A DNA stretch of 64,000 nt from an uncultured Pelagibacteraceae bacterium (GTDB taxonomy: Bacteria > Pseudomonadota > Alphaproteobacteria > Pelagibacterales > Pelagibacteraceae), in NCBI GenBank assembly GCA_902622545.1, contig CACNQD010000004.1, forward strand, positions 116,465 through 180,464, given 5' to 3'. The first letter of the stretch is position 1; every line of letters starts with the position of its first letter. Positions 40,480 through 55,140 of this stretch are shown one piece after another. Under the pieces are notes generated by a model. That model was not told the origin of the DNA, did no database searches, and worked only from the letters and a program-made list of their open reading frames with translations. The position numbers were made by a program, and so were the translations under genes.

Positions 40480-40664
40480 AAAACTTTCATATACCAGATG
40501 ATTAAAAAACCAACTAATACAAATATAACTCCTCCAAATCTTAGTTGGGAATCTTTCATCAATTTTAACTTATCTAACATATTTCTCATTTTTGAGGGAA
40601 ATAAGGCGTATAAAGCGCCTTCTATAAATAAGAATAGTCCAAAAGCGACTATTATTTCTCTCAT
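40476..40664 (-). CDS. DUF2065 family small membrane protein
   Basis: LFIEGALYALFP; conserved position after hflC. Confidence 0.85.
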   Translation of the reverse strand: MREIIVAFGLFLFIEGALYALFPSKMRNMLDKLKLMKDSQLRFGGVIFVLVGFLIIWYMKVL

Positions 40665-40668
40665 TTTT

Positions 40669-41538
40669 TTACTGATTTAATTGTTTTGCTTTTATATCCC
40701 CGAAGAATTTAAAAAATTCACTATCTGGCGAGAGTATCAAAGATGTTTCTCCACCTATTAAAGCTTTTTCGTAAGCTTGCATTGCTCTGTAAAAAGCAAA
40801 AAATTGAGGGTCTTGTCCAAATGCATCTGCAAATATTTTATTTCTTTTTCCATCGCCTTCACCCTTCATGATTTGAGATTTTTTTTCTGCATCTGCCAGT
40901 ATTACTGTAACTTCTTTATCTGCAGTAGAAGTAATTGTAACAGCCATTTCTGCACCTTTTGCTCTAAATTCTTTCGCTTCCCTCTCCCTTTCGGTTTGCA
41001 TTCTTCTATAAATAGCATCGCTATTAGCTTGAGGAAGATCTGCTCTCTTTATTCTTACATCAACAATTTTTATTCCAAAATTTTCGGCTTCATTATTTAC
41101 GCCTTCTTGTATTAAAGCCATCTGTTTTGTTCTATCTTGTGATAATAGCGTTTGTAATTCTTGTTGACCTAAAACGTTTCTTATTCTTGAGTTTATAATT
41201 GTAGATAATCTTGATCTTGCAACTCTTTCATTGCCAACTGATATATAGAATTTCAATGGGTCAATAATTTGGAATCTTGCAAATGCATCCACGATTAAAC
41301 GTTTCTGATCTGATGCAATGACTTCTTCGGGTGGGGTATCTAAATTTAAAATTCTTTTATCTAAATAAACCACGTTTTGAATAAAAGGTAATTTAAAATT
41401 TATTCCTGGTTTTAAAATAATTTTTTTTGGATCACCAAATTGTAAAACGATAGCCTGGTTAACTTCTTTAACTATAAAAATTGAAAAGAAAGCTGTAAAT
41501 GCTATAATTAAAATAATTGGTATCGCAAATTTTTTCAT
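40669..41538 (-). CDS. hflC: FtsH modulator HflC
   Basis: SPFH domain; RMQTEREREA; FYRAMQAY. Confidence 0.96.
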   Translation of the reverse strand: MKKFAIPIILIIAFTAFFSIFIVKEVNQAIVLQFGDPKKIILKPGINFKLPFIQNVVYLDKRILNLDTPPEEVIASDQKRLIVDAFARFQIIDPLKFYISVGNERVARSRLSTIINSRIRNVLGQQELQTLLSQDRTKQMALIQEGVNNEAENFGIKIVDVRIKRADLPQANSDAIYRRMQTEREREAKEFRAKGAEMAVTITSTADKEVTVILADAEKKSQIMKGEGDGKRNKIFADAFGQDPQFFAFYRAMQAYEKALIGGETSLILSPDSEFFKFFGDIKAKQLNQ

Positions 41539-41539
41539 A

Positions 41540-42637
41540 TTAATTGGTTTTCTTTTTTAATTCTGGTAATGGTAGATATGGAACAACTCCTGAACCTGAG
41601 TCTTTATCGATTATAACTTTATCAATATCAGCCAAAACTTTTTCCATCGTCTCCAAATACATTCTCTCTTGTGTAACTTCTTTTGCTTTTCTATACTCAT
41701 TAAATATTGATAAAAATCTACTTGCTTCACCTTCAGCTTTTGCAACAACTTCTTTTTGATATGCCTCAGCAGCCTGTAAAATTTTTGCAGCTTCACCTCG
41801 AGCCCTTGGAATAACATCATTAGCATAGGCTTCAGCTTCGTTTTTTGATCTTTCCATGTCTGCTCTTGCTGCTTGTACATCTCTAAATGCATCAATAACT
41901 TGATCTGGTGGGTCAGCTTTCTGTGTTTGAACTTGTGTTACTTGAATTCCACTTTGATATTCATCTAAAATTTCTTGAATAATCGTCTCAGTTTCTTGCT
42001 CAATTACTGATCTTCCTTCTGTTAAAATTGGTTGAATATTACTTTTAGCAATTACTTCTCTCATAGCCGTTTCAGCTGCAGCTTTTACTGTTCCCTCTGG
42101 ATCTTGAATCTTAAATAAAAATTTTCCAGCATCTTTGATTACCCAAAAAACTGAAAAATCTATGTTAACGATATTTTCATCACCAGTTAACATTAAGCTT
42201 TCTTCTGGAACATCTGCTACAACTCCTGAACTAAATCCTGAGTCTCTTTCTGATCTAAATCCAATATCAATTCTATTTACTTTAGTAACCTTAGGTGTAA
42301 GCACACTTTCAATAGGAAAAGGTATGTGATAATTTAAACCTGGTTGGGTTGTTGTTACAAATTTTCCAAATCTCAAAACAACGCCCTGCTCGTCTGGTAA
42401 AACACGATATAAACCACTCAAAGCATAAATTATCAATAATATAGAAATTCCAAAAACCAATGGTTTGCCACCTTTAGATGCACCACCAGGTAAAAACTTA
42501 TTTATTTTATCTTGTAAAGTTTTGATAATCTCATCTATATTTGGAGGAGTTGGGCCTCTTCTGCCTGAACCATTTCCACTTCCGCCTGGGGGTGATCCCC
42601 AAGGACTTCCACCTCTACTTCTAAAATCGTCAACCAT
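41540..42637 (-). CDS. hflK: FtsH modulator HflK
   Basis: PWG N-terminus; MLTGDENIV; AFRDVQAA; RMYLETME. Confidence 0.96.
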   Translation of the reverse strand: MVDDFRSRGGSPWGSPPGGSGNGSGRRGPTPPNIDEIIKTLQDKINKFLPGGASKGGKPLVFGISILLIIYALSGLYRVLPDEQGVVLRFGKFVTTTQPGLNYHIPFPIESVLTPKVTKVNRIDIGFRSERDSGFSSGVVADVPEESLMLTGDENIVNIDFSVFWVIKDAGKFLFKIQDPEGTVKAAAETAMREVIAKSNIQPILTEGRSVIEQETETIIQEILDEYQSGIQVTQVQTQKADPPDQVIDAFRDVQAARADMERSKNEAEAYANDVIPRARGEAAKILQAAEAYQKEVVAKAEGEASRFLSIFNEYRKAKEVTQERMYLETMEKVLADIDKVIIDKDSGSGVVPYLPLPELKKKTN

Positions 42638-42718
42638 GCACTTTATATAGTGTCTTTGTTGGGAAAAACAAGTTTAGTATGTTAAAAGAACCCTTAAAAA
42701 ATTGGACTTAATGTAGCA

Positions 42719-43516
42719 ATGATAGGAAAACCTTATAAAAAAACCTTTGTCAAAAATCCAATAGCAGGCACAAAGTTCACTATTGCAATTTCAAGTGCAA
42801 AAGGTGGTGTTGGAAAGTCAACTTTTGCAACAAACTTAGCTTTAGCATTAAAAAATTTAGGCTGTAAGGTAGGCTTGTTAGATGCTGATATTTACGGTCC
42901 ATCATTACCAAAACTTTTTTCAATTAATCAAAAACCCGAAAGTGATGGTTCGAACTTAAAACCTATTGTTAAATACGACATTCAATGTATGTCAATTGGT
43001 TTTCTAACTGATGAACAAACACCAATGATTTGGAGAGGTCCGATGGTAACCAGCACTGTTAAAACTTTTGCTCAAAAAGTAAGTTGGAAAAATTTAGATT
43101 TTATAATTGTTGATATGCCGCCTGGAACAGGTGATACTCAACTTACTTTTGCTCAGGAAATAGAAATGGATGGTGCAATTATAGTTTCAACTCCTCAAGA
43201 ACTTGCTCTACAAGATGTGAAAAGAGGAATAAGAATGTTTGATAAATTGGGCATTAAAATTATCGGTCTCGTAGATAACATGAGTTTTTTTAAGGGAGAA
43301 GATGGAAAAAAATATCCTATTTTTGGAGAGGGAGGAGTTAAAAGGACTGCTGAGGAATTTAGTAAAGAATTTTTATGTGAAATTCCAATTGATCCAGAGG
43401 TTGGTAAATCAGGTGATCAAGGAAAGCCGATTGTTGAAAGTAATCCAAATAACGAAATATCTAAAATTTATTTAGATATTGCAAAAAAAATTAAATCTTC
43501 TTTTATTGAAAATTAA
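42719..43516 (+). CDS. mrp: Mrp/ApbC family P-loop ATPase
   Basis: SAKGGVGKST, DADIYGPS, WRGPM, DMPPGTGD; lacks the usual CxxC. Confidence 0.92.
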   Translation: MIGKPYKKTFVKNPIAGTKFTIAISSAKGGVGKSTFATNLALALKNLGCKVGLLDADIYGPSLPKLFSINQKPESDGSNLKPIVKYDIQCMSIGFLTDEQTPMIWRGPMVTSTVKTFAQKVSWKNLDFIIVDMPPGTGDTQLTFAQEIEMDGAIIVSTPQELALQDVKRGIRMFDKLGIKIIGLVDNMSFFKGEDGKKYPIFGEGGVKRTAEEFSKEFLCEIPIDPEVGKSGDQGKPIVESNPNNEISKIYLDIAKKIKSSFIEN

Positions 43517-43538
43517 TTTTACTTTAAAGTGTAGACTT

Positions 43539-44486
43539 TTAAATCAATCTATCGTTAAGTTCTAAGGCTGTCATTAGCTCATTCCACTCTCTTTTTGAAA
43601 GACCTGACTGTTCTAGATCTACTTTTTCACCACTGATCAGCTTTTGAATAATCTTTTTTCCTTTTGATGATACCTCAGTGCCACCTACTCTATAATCCAT
43701 AAATGCTTCATAAGTTGTTGGTACCCATCTTTTTAAAGTATCTAACATCACGACTGCATAAGCTCTTATTTCATATTGAGCATGATGATCGGCTCTCAAT
43801 CTTAAAAAATTCATTAAATTTAAAAGATCTGTTTTCCAATACCACTGGGTATATGTATTTAATGTTAAATTCATTCTTGCAAGTTCTCGAGCAAGTCCAG
43901 TTTCATTTTCATCAACTACTGAACCGTCATATCGTTCATTCAACATTGTCTCGTAATTATCATATGTTCTTTCTGCATCATTTTTTAAAAGGTTAAGAAC
44001 TTTTTTTGCTTGTTCGCCTTGAAGAACTTCTCCTCGTCCTTGCCTGTTACTTTTAGATTGTGCAGCTAGGTGCTCATTTTTTGGAAGATAAAATTCTTTA
44101 TCTAAAATAGAATATCTTGCTGAATATTCATTCACATTTGCTGTTCTGTGTCTAATCCATTGTCTCGCTATAAATATTGGAAGTTTTACGTGATATTTAA
44201 TTTCACACATTTCAAATGGAGTACTGTGCCAATGTCTCATTAAATATTTTATTAAACCACTATCTGTTGAAACTTTTTTTGTTCCTTTGCCGTATGACAC
44301 TCTTGCTGCTTGAACGATAGAAGTATCATCGCCCATGTAATCTATAACTCTAACAAAACCATGGTCTAAAACAGAAATTGCATCATAAAGTATTTTTTCT
44401 AGCTCGGGCGCAACTACTCTTTTAGTTTTATTTTCTTGAGATTGTAAATCCTTTATTTCCTGAGCCTGTTCTTTTGTAAGTTTCAT
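43539..44486 (-). CDS. thyX: Flavin-dependent thymidylate synthase
   Basis: [33 protein letters not shown]. Confidence 0.97.
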   Translation of the reverse strand: MKLTKEQAQEIKDLQSQENKTKRVVAPELEKILYDAISVLDHGFVRVIDYMGDDTSIVQAARVSYGKGTKKVSTDSGLIKYLMRHWHSTPFEMCEIKYHVKLPIFIARQWIRHRTANVNEYSARYSILDKEFYLPKNEHLAAQSKSNRQGRGEVLQGEQAKKVLNLLKNDAERTYDNYETMLNERYDGSVVDENETGLARELARMNLTLNTYTQWYWKTDLLNLMNFLRLRADHHAQYEIRAYAVVMLDTLKRWVPTTYEAFMDYRVGGTEVSSKGKKIIQKLISGEKVDLEQSGLSKREWNELMTALELNDRLI

Positions 44487-44497
44487 GAATTATTTAT

Positions 44498-44526
44498 TGA
44501 ATCTAATAATATTGCTTTTATATTAT
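44498..44526 (+). promoter_or_regulatory. Sigma70 promoter of ssrA
   Basis: TTGAAT-17 nt-TATTAT. Confidence 0.75.
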
Positions 44527-44532
44527 ATGTGT

Positions 44533-44790
44533 TGGTTTTCCAACTACGACGATAAACGAATTTCGTAATAAACATTGCGGACGTGGGGGCAGTACCCACC
44601 ACCTCCACCAAAAATTTACAACTTATGGGGGTGAACTAGGATCGACGGATGTCTAAAAGTCTTTCTTTCGTTCGGGATTGTTCCACCGTAACGGGCTATT
44701 TATAATTGCAAATAATAAATTTGCACTTGCAGCTTAATTAATTTTTTAATTAAGTTACGGGGTCTGGGGCACCTGGCAACAGAACGCCCC
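44533..44790 (+). ncRNA. ssrA: Circularly permuted two-piece tmRNA; ends approximate
   Basis: Acceptor piece ends ...GGGGCAGTACCCACCACCTCCACCA (44610); 16-nt spacer; coding piece starts GGGGGTGAACTAGGATCGAC (44627); tag ORF 44708..44737 = ANNKFALAA*; 3' CACCTGGCAACAGAA motif. Confidence 0.95.
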
Positions 44791-44799
44791 TTTTTTTTT
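44766..44799 (+). terminator. Terminator at the ssrA 3' end
   Basis: GGGGC...GCCCC followed by T9. Confidence 0.7.
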
Positions 44800-44825
44800 A
44801 TTAAAAAATTCTATAAATTATAACT

Positions 44826-45122
44826 ATGTTGATAGGTTTTATTACTTTATTTATAATATATCTTTTGCATAAATACATTACCGCTTGGATCAAATATTAT
44901 AATGAAACGGATGAAAGGTTTGGAGATTCTGTTTGGCGATGGTCCTACGACTATAAGGTAAAGGGGATTAGAGATATTTCTGATTTAGACGACAAAGAAT
45001 TTGTAAGAAAAAGAAGGATTAGAAATAGAACGGTCTCGTTTATGTACTGGAACTTTTTTATAGGATTTACTGTTTCTATGTATTTAATAAGTGATGTTCT
45101 TATGTTTATTTTAAACAATTAA
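44826..45122 (+). CDS. Small hypothetical membrane protein
   Basis: 98 aa; N- and C-terminal hydrophobic helices around a charged loop. Confidence 0.7.
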   Translation: MLIGFITLFIIYLLHKYITAWIKYYNETDERFGDSVWRWSYDYKVKGIRDISDLDDKEFVRKRRIRNRTVSFMYWNFFIGFTVSMYLISDVLMFILNN

Positions 45123-45124
45123 TA

Positions 45125-45496
45125 TTAAGTCAAAAATTTATTTAAATCTGGTTTAAAATAATTTGGGCCTTTCATAACCTTGCCATCCTTGTTATAAATT
45201 GGTTTTCCATCTTGTCCCAATTTGCTCATATTTGATTTTTGGACTTCTTCGAAACAATCATCAAGATTGATACCAAATGCATGTCCTGCGCCATAAGTAA
45301 CATACAGAATATCTGTTAACGCATCTGCTACCTCTTTAAGATCTTTTTTAGATATAGCTTCTTTAAATTCCTCAAGTTCTTCTTCAATCAAGTTAGTTCT
45401 TAAATTATTAATTTTGTCAGTGCTTAAACTTGGTTTTTTTTTAACTTCTTGACCAAATGTTGTCATAAACAATCCAACTTTTTCGAAATTTGTCAT
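45125..45496 (-). CDS. All-alpha NTP pyrophosphohydrolase (MazG-like / PRA-PH family)
   Basis: LIEEELEEF and EVADALTDILYV metal-binding motifs; SNMSKL; GKVMKGPNY. Confidence 0.85.
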   Translation of the reverse strand: MTNFEKVGLFMTTFGQEVKKKPSLSTDKINNLRTNLIEEELEEFKEAISKKDLKEVADALTDILYVTYGAGHAFGINLDDCFEEVQKSNMSKLGQDGKPIYNKDGKVMKGPNYFKPDLNKFLT

Positions 45497-45553
45497 AGCT
45501 CTCCTATATGATTCTTTTTATTTTTAATGTATAAGATAAAGACTATTATCCAA

Positions 45554-46942
45554 ATGAAATTTAGAAAAGAATACGATAGTATTGGAAAAATTAACGTCCC
45601 AATTGATAAGTATTGGGGTGCCTCGACTGAGAGATCAAAAAAATTTTTTGATATTGGTGAAATATTTGTTCAAAGAATTTTAATAAAATCAATTGCAATT
45701 ATTAAAAAAGCTGCAGCCATAGTTCACAAAAAAGATAATCAGATTAATTCAAAAATTGCGAATGCAATCATTATTGCATCTAATGAAGTTATTTCAGGTA
45801 AGCTGGATAGTAACTTTCCTTTGAAAGTTTGGCAAACTGGGTCTGGAACTCAAACTAATATGAATGTCAATGAGGTGATTTCAAATAGGGCAATTAAATA
45901 TTTAGGTGGAAAATTAGGTTCAAAAAAACCTGTTCATCCTAATGATCATGTAAATAAATCGCAATCGACAAATGATGTTTTTCCAACAGCTATGCATATA
46001 GCAATTGCTTTAGAGACAAAAAATAAGTTACTACCAAGCTTAAATCTTTTAAATAAAGAATTAAAGATTAAAGTAAAAAAATTTAAAAAAATAATAAAAG
46101 TTGGAAGAACACATTTACAAGATGCGACACCTTTATCATTGGGACAAGAATTTTCTGGTTATCAATCTCAATTAGAGGATTGCATAAATAGAATTAAAAT
46201 TGCTATAAAAGAAATATATTTTCTCGCACAAGGAGGTACTGCTGTAGGCACAGGGATTAATACTAAAAAAAACTTTGATAAAAAAATTTGCAAAGAAATT
46301 AGTAAATTAACAAAAGTAAAATTTAAACCGTCTTACAACAAATTTGCTGCTCTCGCTGCGCATGACTCAATCGTCAATTTCTCTGGAACTTTAAATACTA
46401 CGGCAGTGTGTTTACTTAAGATTGCCAATGATATCAGGTTTCTTGGGTCTGGACCAAGAGCTGGTTATGGTGAATTAACTTTGCCATCAAATGAACCCGG
46501 GTCATCAATAATGCCAGGAAAAGTAAATCCAACACAATCAGAGGCGGTTACAATGGTTTGTGTTAAAGTAATTGGTAATCACACAGGTATTACAATTGCA
46601 GGTTCACAAGGACAATTTGAGCTAAATGTATTCAAACCGCTAATTGCGCATAATATTTTACAATCGATTGATTTAATTTCTGATAGTTCAAAGAATTTTG
46701 CGAAATACTGCGTTAAAGGAATAAAGGCAAATCAAGACAAAATTAAAAAGGACTTGGATAATTCTCTAATGTTAGTTACAGCTCTTGCTCCAAAAATTGG
46801 TTATGATCAAGCCGCAAGTATTGCAAAAAAAGCTCTAAAAAATAAAACCACACTTAAAAATGAGGTGCTTAAAAGCGGCTTATTAAGTGAAAAAGAGTAC
46901 AAAAAAATTGTAGATCCTAGAAAAATGATTCAGCCTGAATAA
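45554..46942 (+). CDS. fumC: Class II fumarate hydratase
   Basis: Probable start MKFRKEYDS at 45554; WQTGSGTQTNMN; GSSIMPGKVNP. Confidence 0.97.
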   Translation: MKFRKEYDSIGKINVPIDKYWGASTERSKKFFDIGEIFVQRILIKSIAIIKKAAAIVHKKDNQINSKIANAIIIASNEVISGKLDSNFPLKVWQTGSGTQTNMNVNEVISNRAIKYLGGKLGSKKPVHPNDHVNKSQSTNDVFPTAMHIAIALETKNKLLPSLNLLNKELKIKVKKFKKIIKVGRTHLQDATPLSLGQEFSGYQSQLEDCINRIKIAIKEIYFLAQGGTAVGTGINTKKNFDKKICKEISKLTKVKFKPSYNKFAALAAHDSIVNFSGTLNTTAVCLLKIANDIRFLGSGPRAGYGELTLPSNEPGSSIMPGKVNPTQSEAVTMVCVKVIGNHTGITIAGSQGQFELNVFKPLIAHNILQSIDLISDSSKNFAKYCVKGIKANQDKIKKDLDNSLMLVTALAPKIGYDQAASIAKKALKNKTTLKNEVLKSGLLSEKEYKKIVDPRKMIQPE

Positions 46943-48498
46943 GATGAAATAATTTTATTTGCAAAGTTTTTAAACTCTATCCAATTTGAAATTTTTATAC
47001 CTCCGCTATTAAATTCATAAATTAGCTCATCAATTTCTTGGAATTCTTTGTTTTCAAATCTTTCATTCTTTATGCTGAGAATTTTAAATTCATCGTTAGT
47101 TAAATTAATTAAAATTTCTAATTTTAAACTTTTAAAATTATTTCTGTTTTTTTTTGGGACTACTAATTTGTTATAAAACTTATTTAAATCATTAATGACG
47201 AATTCTACAGTGCTTTTAAAAATTAGATCATTTTTCTCTTCGAATAAAGATCCTTTTTTAATAATAAGATTTGCAATTTTGTCATTCAAAAAAACTGAAT
47301 TGTTAAATTCTAAATTTCTACCTTTAAAATTTGCGTTAACCTTTAAACTATTAAAAAAAGGATTGTTTTCTAGTTTTTTAATATCTAAATTGATTTTCCC
47401 ATTAAAATTTTCATTTAAAATGAAATCTCTAGATAGAATTTCTTTTAAAAGAAAGCCATTTAAAAATAGAGATTTGAGTTTAAGTCTATCTAAAGAGGAA
47501 CTTATTTCAAAATTAAACGGATCTACAAAAATGTTTCCAGAAAACATTAACTTGTCATTTCCTATAAAAGAATTGTTAGAATTAAAAATTATATTTTTAT
47601 CATTAAATTCATAGTCAATTAGATATCTCGATCTATTCAAATAGACCTGTAACTTATGTAATTTTTTTTTATTATATATCTTGGTTATATTTGAAATATC
47701 TAAATTTATTTTTTTAAATCTTAAATTTGTAATTTGTTCTAATTTAAATGGATCATTTTTCCATGTAACATTAAATGGAATATTAAAAATTTCACCTTCA
47801 GAATTTAATACATCATTATTAATTTTATCATTAAAAAAAATATTGACTTTTTTTAAATTTAAAAAAGATATAGTACTTTTTTCCATATCTTGATAAAATA
47901 AATTTGCTTTTTTTACAGTAATTGGTCTTCCTAAAAATCCTTTATTAAAAAATTTTTGTAAATAAGTTAAGTCGTTTTTATTAATGAAAAAATTTGTTTC
48001 AAAAAGTTCCACAGATTTAATTTTTAATTTTTGTTTTTTAAAAAAATTTGTTTGATGAAGGTATAATTTTAATTTTTTAACTTGTGCAATTTCTTTTTGG
48101 AAATTTTGGTTATTATTAAAAATGATTACATCGTTTATTTGAAAATGAGGTTTTGGTAAAATAGTATAATTTATATCAGGCGTAAGTGAAAATTCAAGAC
48201 CATACTGATCTCTTAATAGTTTTGTGAAATAGTTTTGATCTGATTTATTATGCAATATTCCAGGAAAAGATAAATAAATTAAATAATAAAAAATTATTAA
48301 ACTTAAAAAAAATATTAAATATCTTAATTTATACTTTTTTGAATAAAATTGACCATATGCTTCAAAAAAAATTTTTTTTATATTTTCAAACCTCAAGATT
48401 TTTTTTATATTTGAGAAAAAACTAATTGATTTTTTAAATACCTTAAATTTCCTGAATAAATTCAATATAAAATTTAATTTAAATTTAAAATTTTTCAT
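46930..48498 (-). CDS. Large AT-rich membrane-anchored protein, AsmA-like
   Basis: N-terminal TM (YYLIYLSFP); INYTILPKPHFQI resembles the AsmA N-terminus; beta-rich, K/N/F-rich. Confidence 0.55.
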   Translation of the reverse strand: MKNFKFKLNFILNLFRKFKVFKKSISFFSNIKKILRFENIKKIFFEAYGQFYSKKYKLRYLIFFLSLIIFYYLIYLSFPGILHNKSDQNYFTKLLRDQYGLEFSLTPDINYTILPKPHFQINDVIIFNNNQNFQKEIAQVKKLKLYLHQTNFFKKQKLKIKSVELFETNFFINKNDLTYLQKFFNKGFLGRPITVKKANLFYQDMEKSTISFLNLKKVNIFFNDKINNDVLNSEGEIFNIPFNVTWKNDPFKLEQITNLRFKKINLDISNITKIYNKKKLHKLQVYLNRSRYLIDYEFNDKNIIFNSNNSFIGNDKLMFSGNIFVDPFNFEISSSLDRLKLKSLFLNGFLLKEILSRDFILNENFNGKINLDIKKLENNPFFNSLKVNANFKGRNLEFNNSVFLNDKIANLIIKKGSLFEEKNDLIFKSTVEFVINDLNKFYNKLVVPKKNRNNFKSLKLEILINLTNDEFKILSIKNERFENKEFQEIDELIYEFNSGGIKISNWIEFKNFANKIISSYSG

Positions 48499-48539
48499 AA
48501 TGTGTTAAATGATTTATATAAGTAAATTTATTAATTAAA

Positions 48540-50569
48540 ATGACAAATCTTAAGTATTTAGAGAATTTAAATAAATCTCAAAAGGAAGCAGTTTTACATA
48601 TCTCAGGGCCACTTTTAATTGTTGCTGGTGCTGGATCTGGAAAAACAAGAGTGCTTACCTCGAGGATAGCTCATATTTTAAAAGAGAATAAAGCATTCTC
48701 AAACCAAATATTATCTGTAACTTTTACAAATAAGGCTGCACGCGAAATGCAGAATAGAGTTGGTAAAATTCTTGATAATAAAGAGGTGGGTTTACCTTGG
48801 CTCGGTACTTTTCATTCTATATGCGCTAAAATTTTAAGAAGACACGCTAAGGCGGCCAATTTAAATCAGAATTTTACAATTATAGATCAAGATGATCAAT
48901 TAAGACTTATAAAGTCAATTTGTAATGCAGAAAATATAGACATAAAAAAAATATCACCAAATTTTATAATTTCTTTAATTAACAAATGGAAAAATTTTGG
49001 GTGGTACCCTGATGAAGTTATTTTAAAAAAAAACGAAAATCTTGAAAAAAACTTATTAAAGATTTACAAAATTTATCAAACCAAATTAAATAATCTCAAC
49101 GCTTGTGACTTTGGAGATTTAATTTTACATTGTGTTTCGATTTTTGAGAAAAACCTTGATATAAATGAAATGTATTCTAAAAATTTTAAATATATTTTAG
49201 TAGATGAATATCAGGATACAAATTTTATTCAAAGTAAATGGTTAAAATTTTTGACAAAATGTCATGATAATATTTGTTGTGTGGGTGATGATGATCAATC
49301 TATCTACAGTTGGAGAGGTGCGGAAATTAAAAATTTTTTAGATTTTGACAAAGTATATAATAATACAAAAATTATCAGGCTTGAGGAAAATTATAGATCT
49401 ACACAAAATATACTAAATGTTGCATCTGAACTTATTTCAAAAAATGAGAATAGGTTAGGTAAAGAACTCATTTCAAATCAAAGCCAAGGTGAACTAGTGA
49501 AACTTAATTGTTTTAAAAATGGTAAAGACGAAGCAATAAGTATTTCTAAAATAATTGAGAATCAAGTTTCAAAGAAATATAGATTAAATAATGTAGCTAT
49601 TTTAGTTAGAGCAATTTACCAAACTAGAGAATTTGAGGAAAGATTTCTAAAAATTGGTTTACCTTATAGAATAATAGGAGGTGTAAAATTTTATGAGCGA
49701 GCAGAGATCAAAGATTGTATCGCATATCTTAGAGTGGTGTATCAAAATAAAGACGACTTAGCTTTTGAGAGAATTTTGAATGTGCCTAGAAGATCAATTG
49801 GCGATACCACTTTTAAAATGATAAGTGAACATGCAAAAAAAAATCGTTTATCTTTAGAAAATTCATCCAAGAATTTGATCGAATTAAATAAAATCAAGCC
49901 CAAAACAAAAATTGGTTTGTTTAATTTTTTGAATTTATTGGAAAAATGGAGAAAAGATCATTTCAACAAAAAAATTGACCATATAAAATTACTTCAGTTA
50001 ATTTTAGATGAGTCTGGTTATTCACTATTATTAAAGAATAAAAAAGATTTGGAGAATGAAAATAGACTTGAAAATATAAAAGAACTTTTAAATGCTATGA
50101 AGGAATTCGACAATTTAGAAAGTTTTTTAGAACACGTCTCTCTAGCAACATCAATAGATAATGATTGGGATGGAGAAAAAATTAATTTGATGACAATGCA
50201 TGCATCTAAGGGACTTGAATTTGATACAGTTTTCCTTCCTGGATGGGAAGAAGGGTTATTTCCACACCAAAAATCAATTGATGAAAAAGGTCAACAAGGT
50301 CTTGAGGAGGAAAGAAGACTTGCATATGTTGCAGTTACCAGAGCAAAATATGATGTATATATATCATTTTCACTTAACAGATTTTATCAGGGAGATTGGA
50401 TAGATAGCATCTCTTCAAGATTTATAGACGAGCTACCTGATAAATATATTAAAAAAATTAATAATTATGAAAAAGAAGAAGATGACTTTTTTGAATTTAA
50501 TCAAGACTTCGAAAATGATGAGGATGTTTACAGAAGTCCGGGTTGGTTGAGATATCAAAAACGATTGAA

Positions 50570-50573
<4 letters not shown>
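48540..50573 (+). CDS. uvrD: UvrD/PcrA family ATP-dependent DNA helicase
   Basis: AGAGSGKT, VDEYQD, VGDDDQSIY, LEENYRS, MTMHASKGLEF, EERRLAYVAVTRA. Confidence 0.92.
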
Positions 50574-55100
<4,527 letters not shown>

Positions 55101-55140
55101 TTATTAAATTATTACCAGATAAATTAAAAAGCTTAAATAT

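Noticed and set aside
44580-44610. tRNA gene (T-arm plus CCA)
   Set aside because: It is the acceptor piece of the permuted tmRNA; no anticodon arm.
45527-45553. Upstream fumC start in the ORF track
   Set aside because: FumC similarity starts at MKFRKEYDS (45554).
47195-47893. 139-aa and 70-aa + strand ORFs
   Set aside because: Low-complexity antisense frames of an AT-rich gene.
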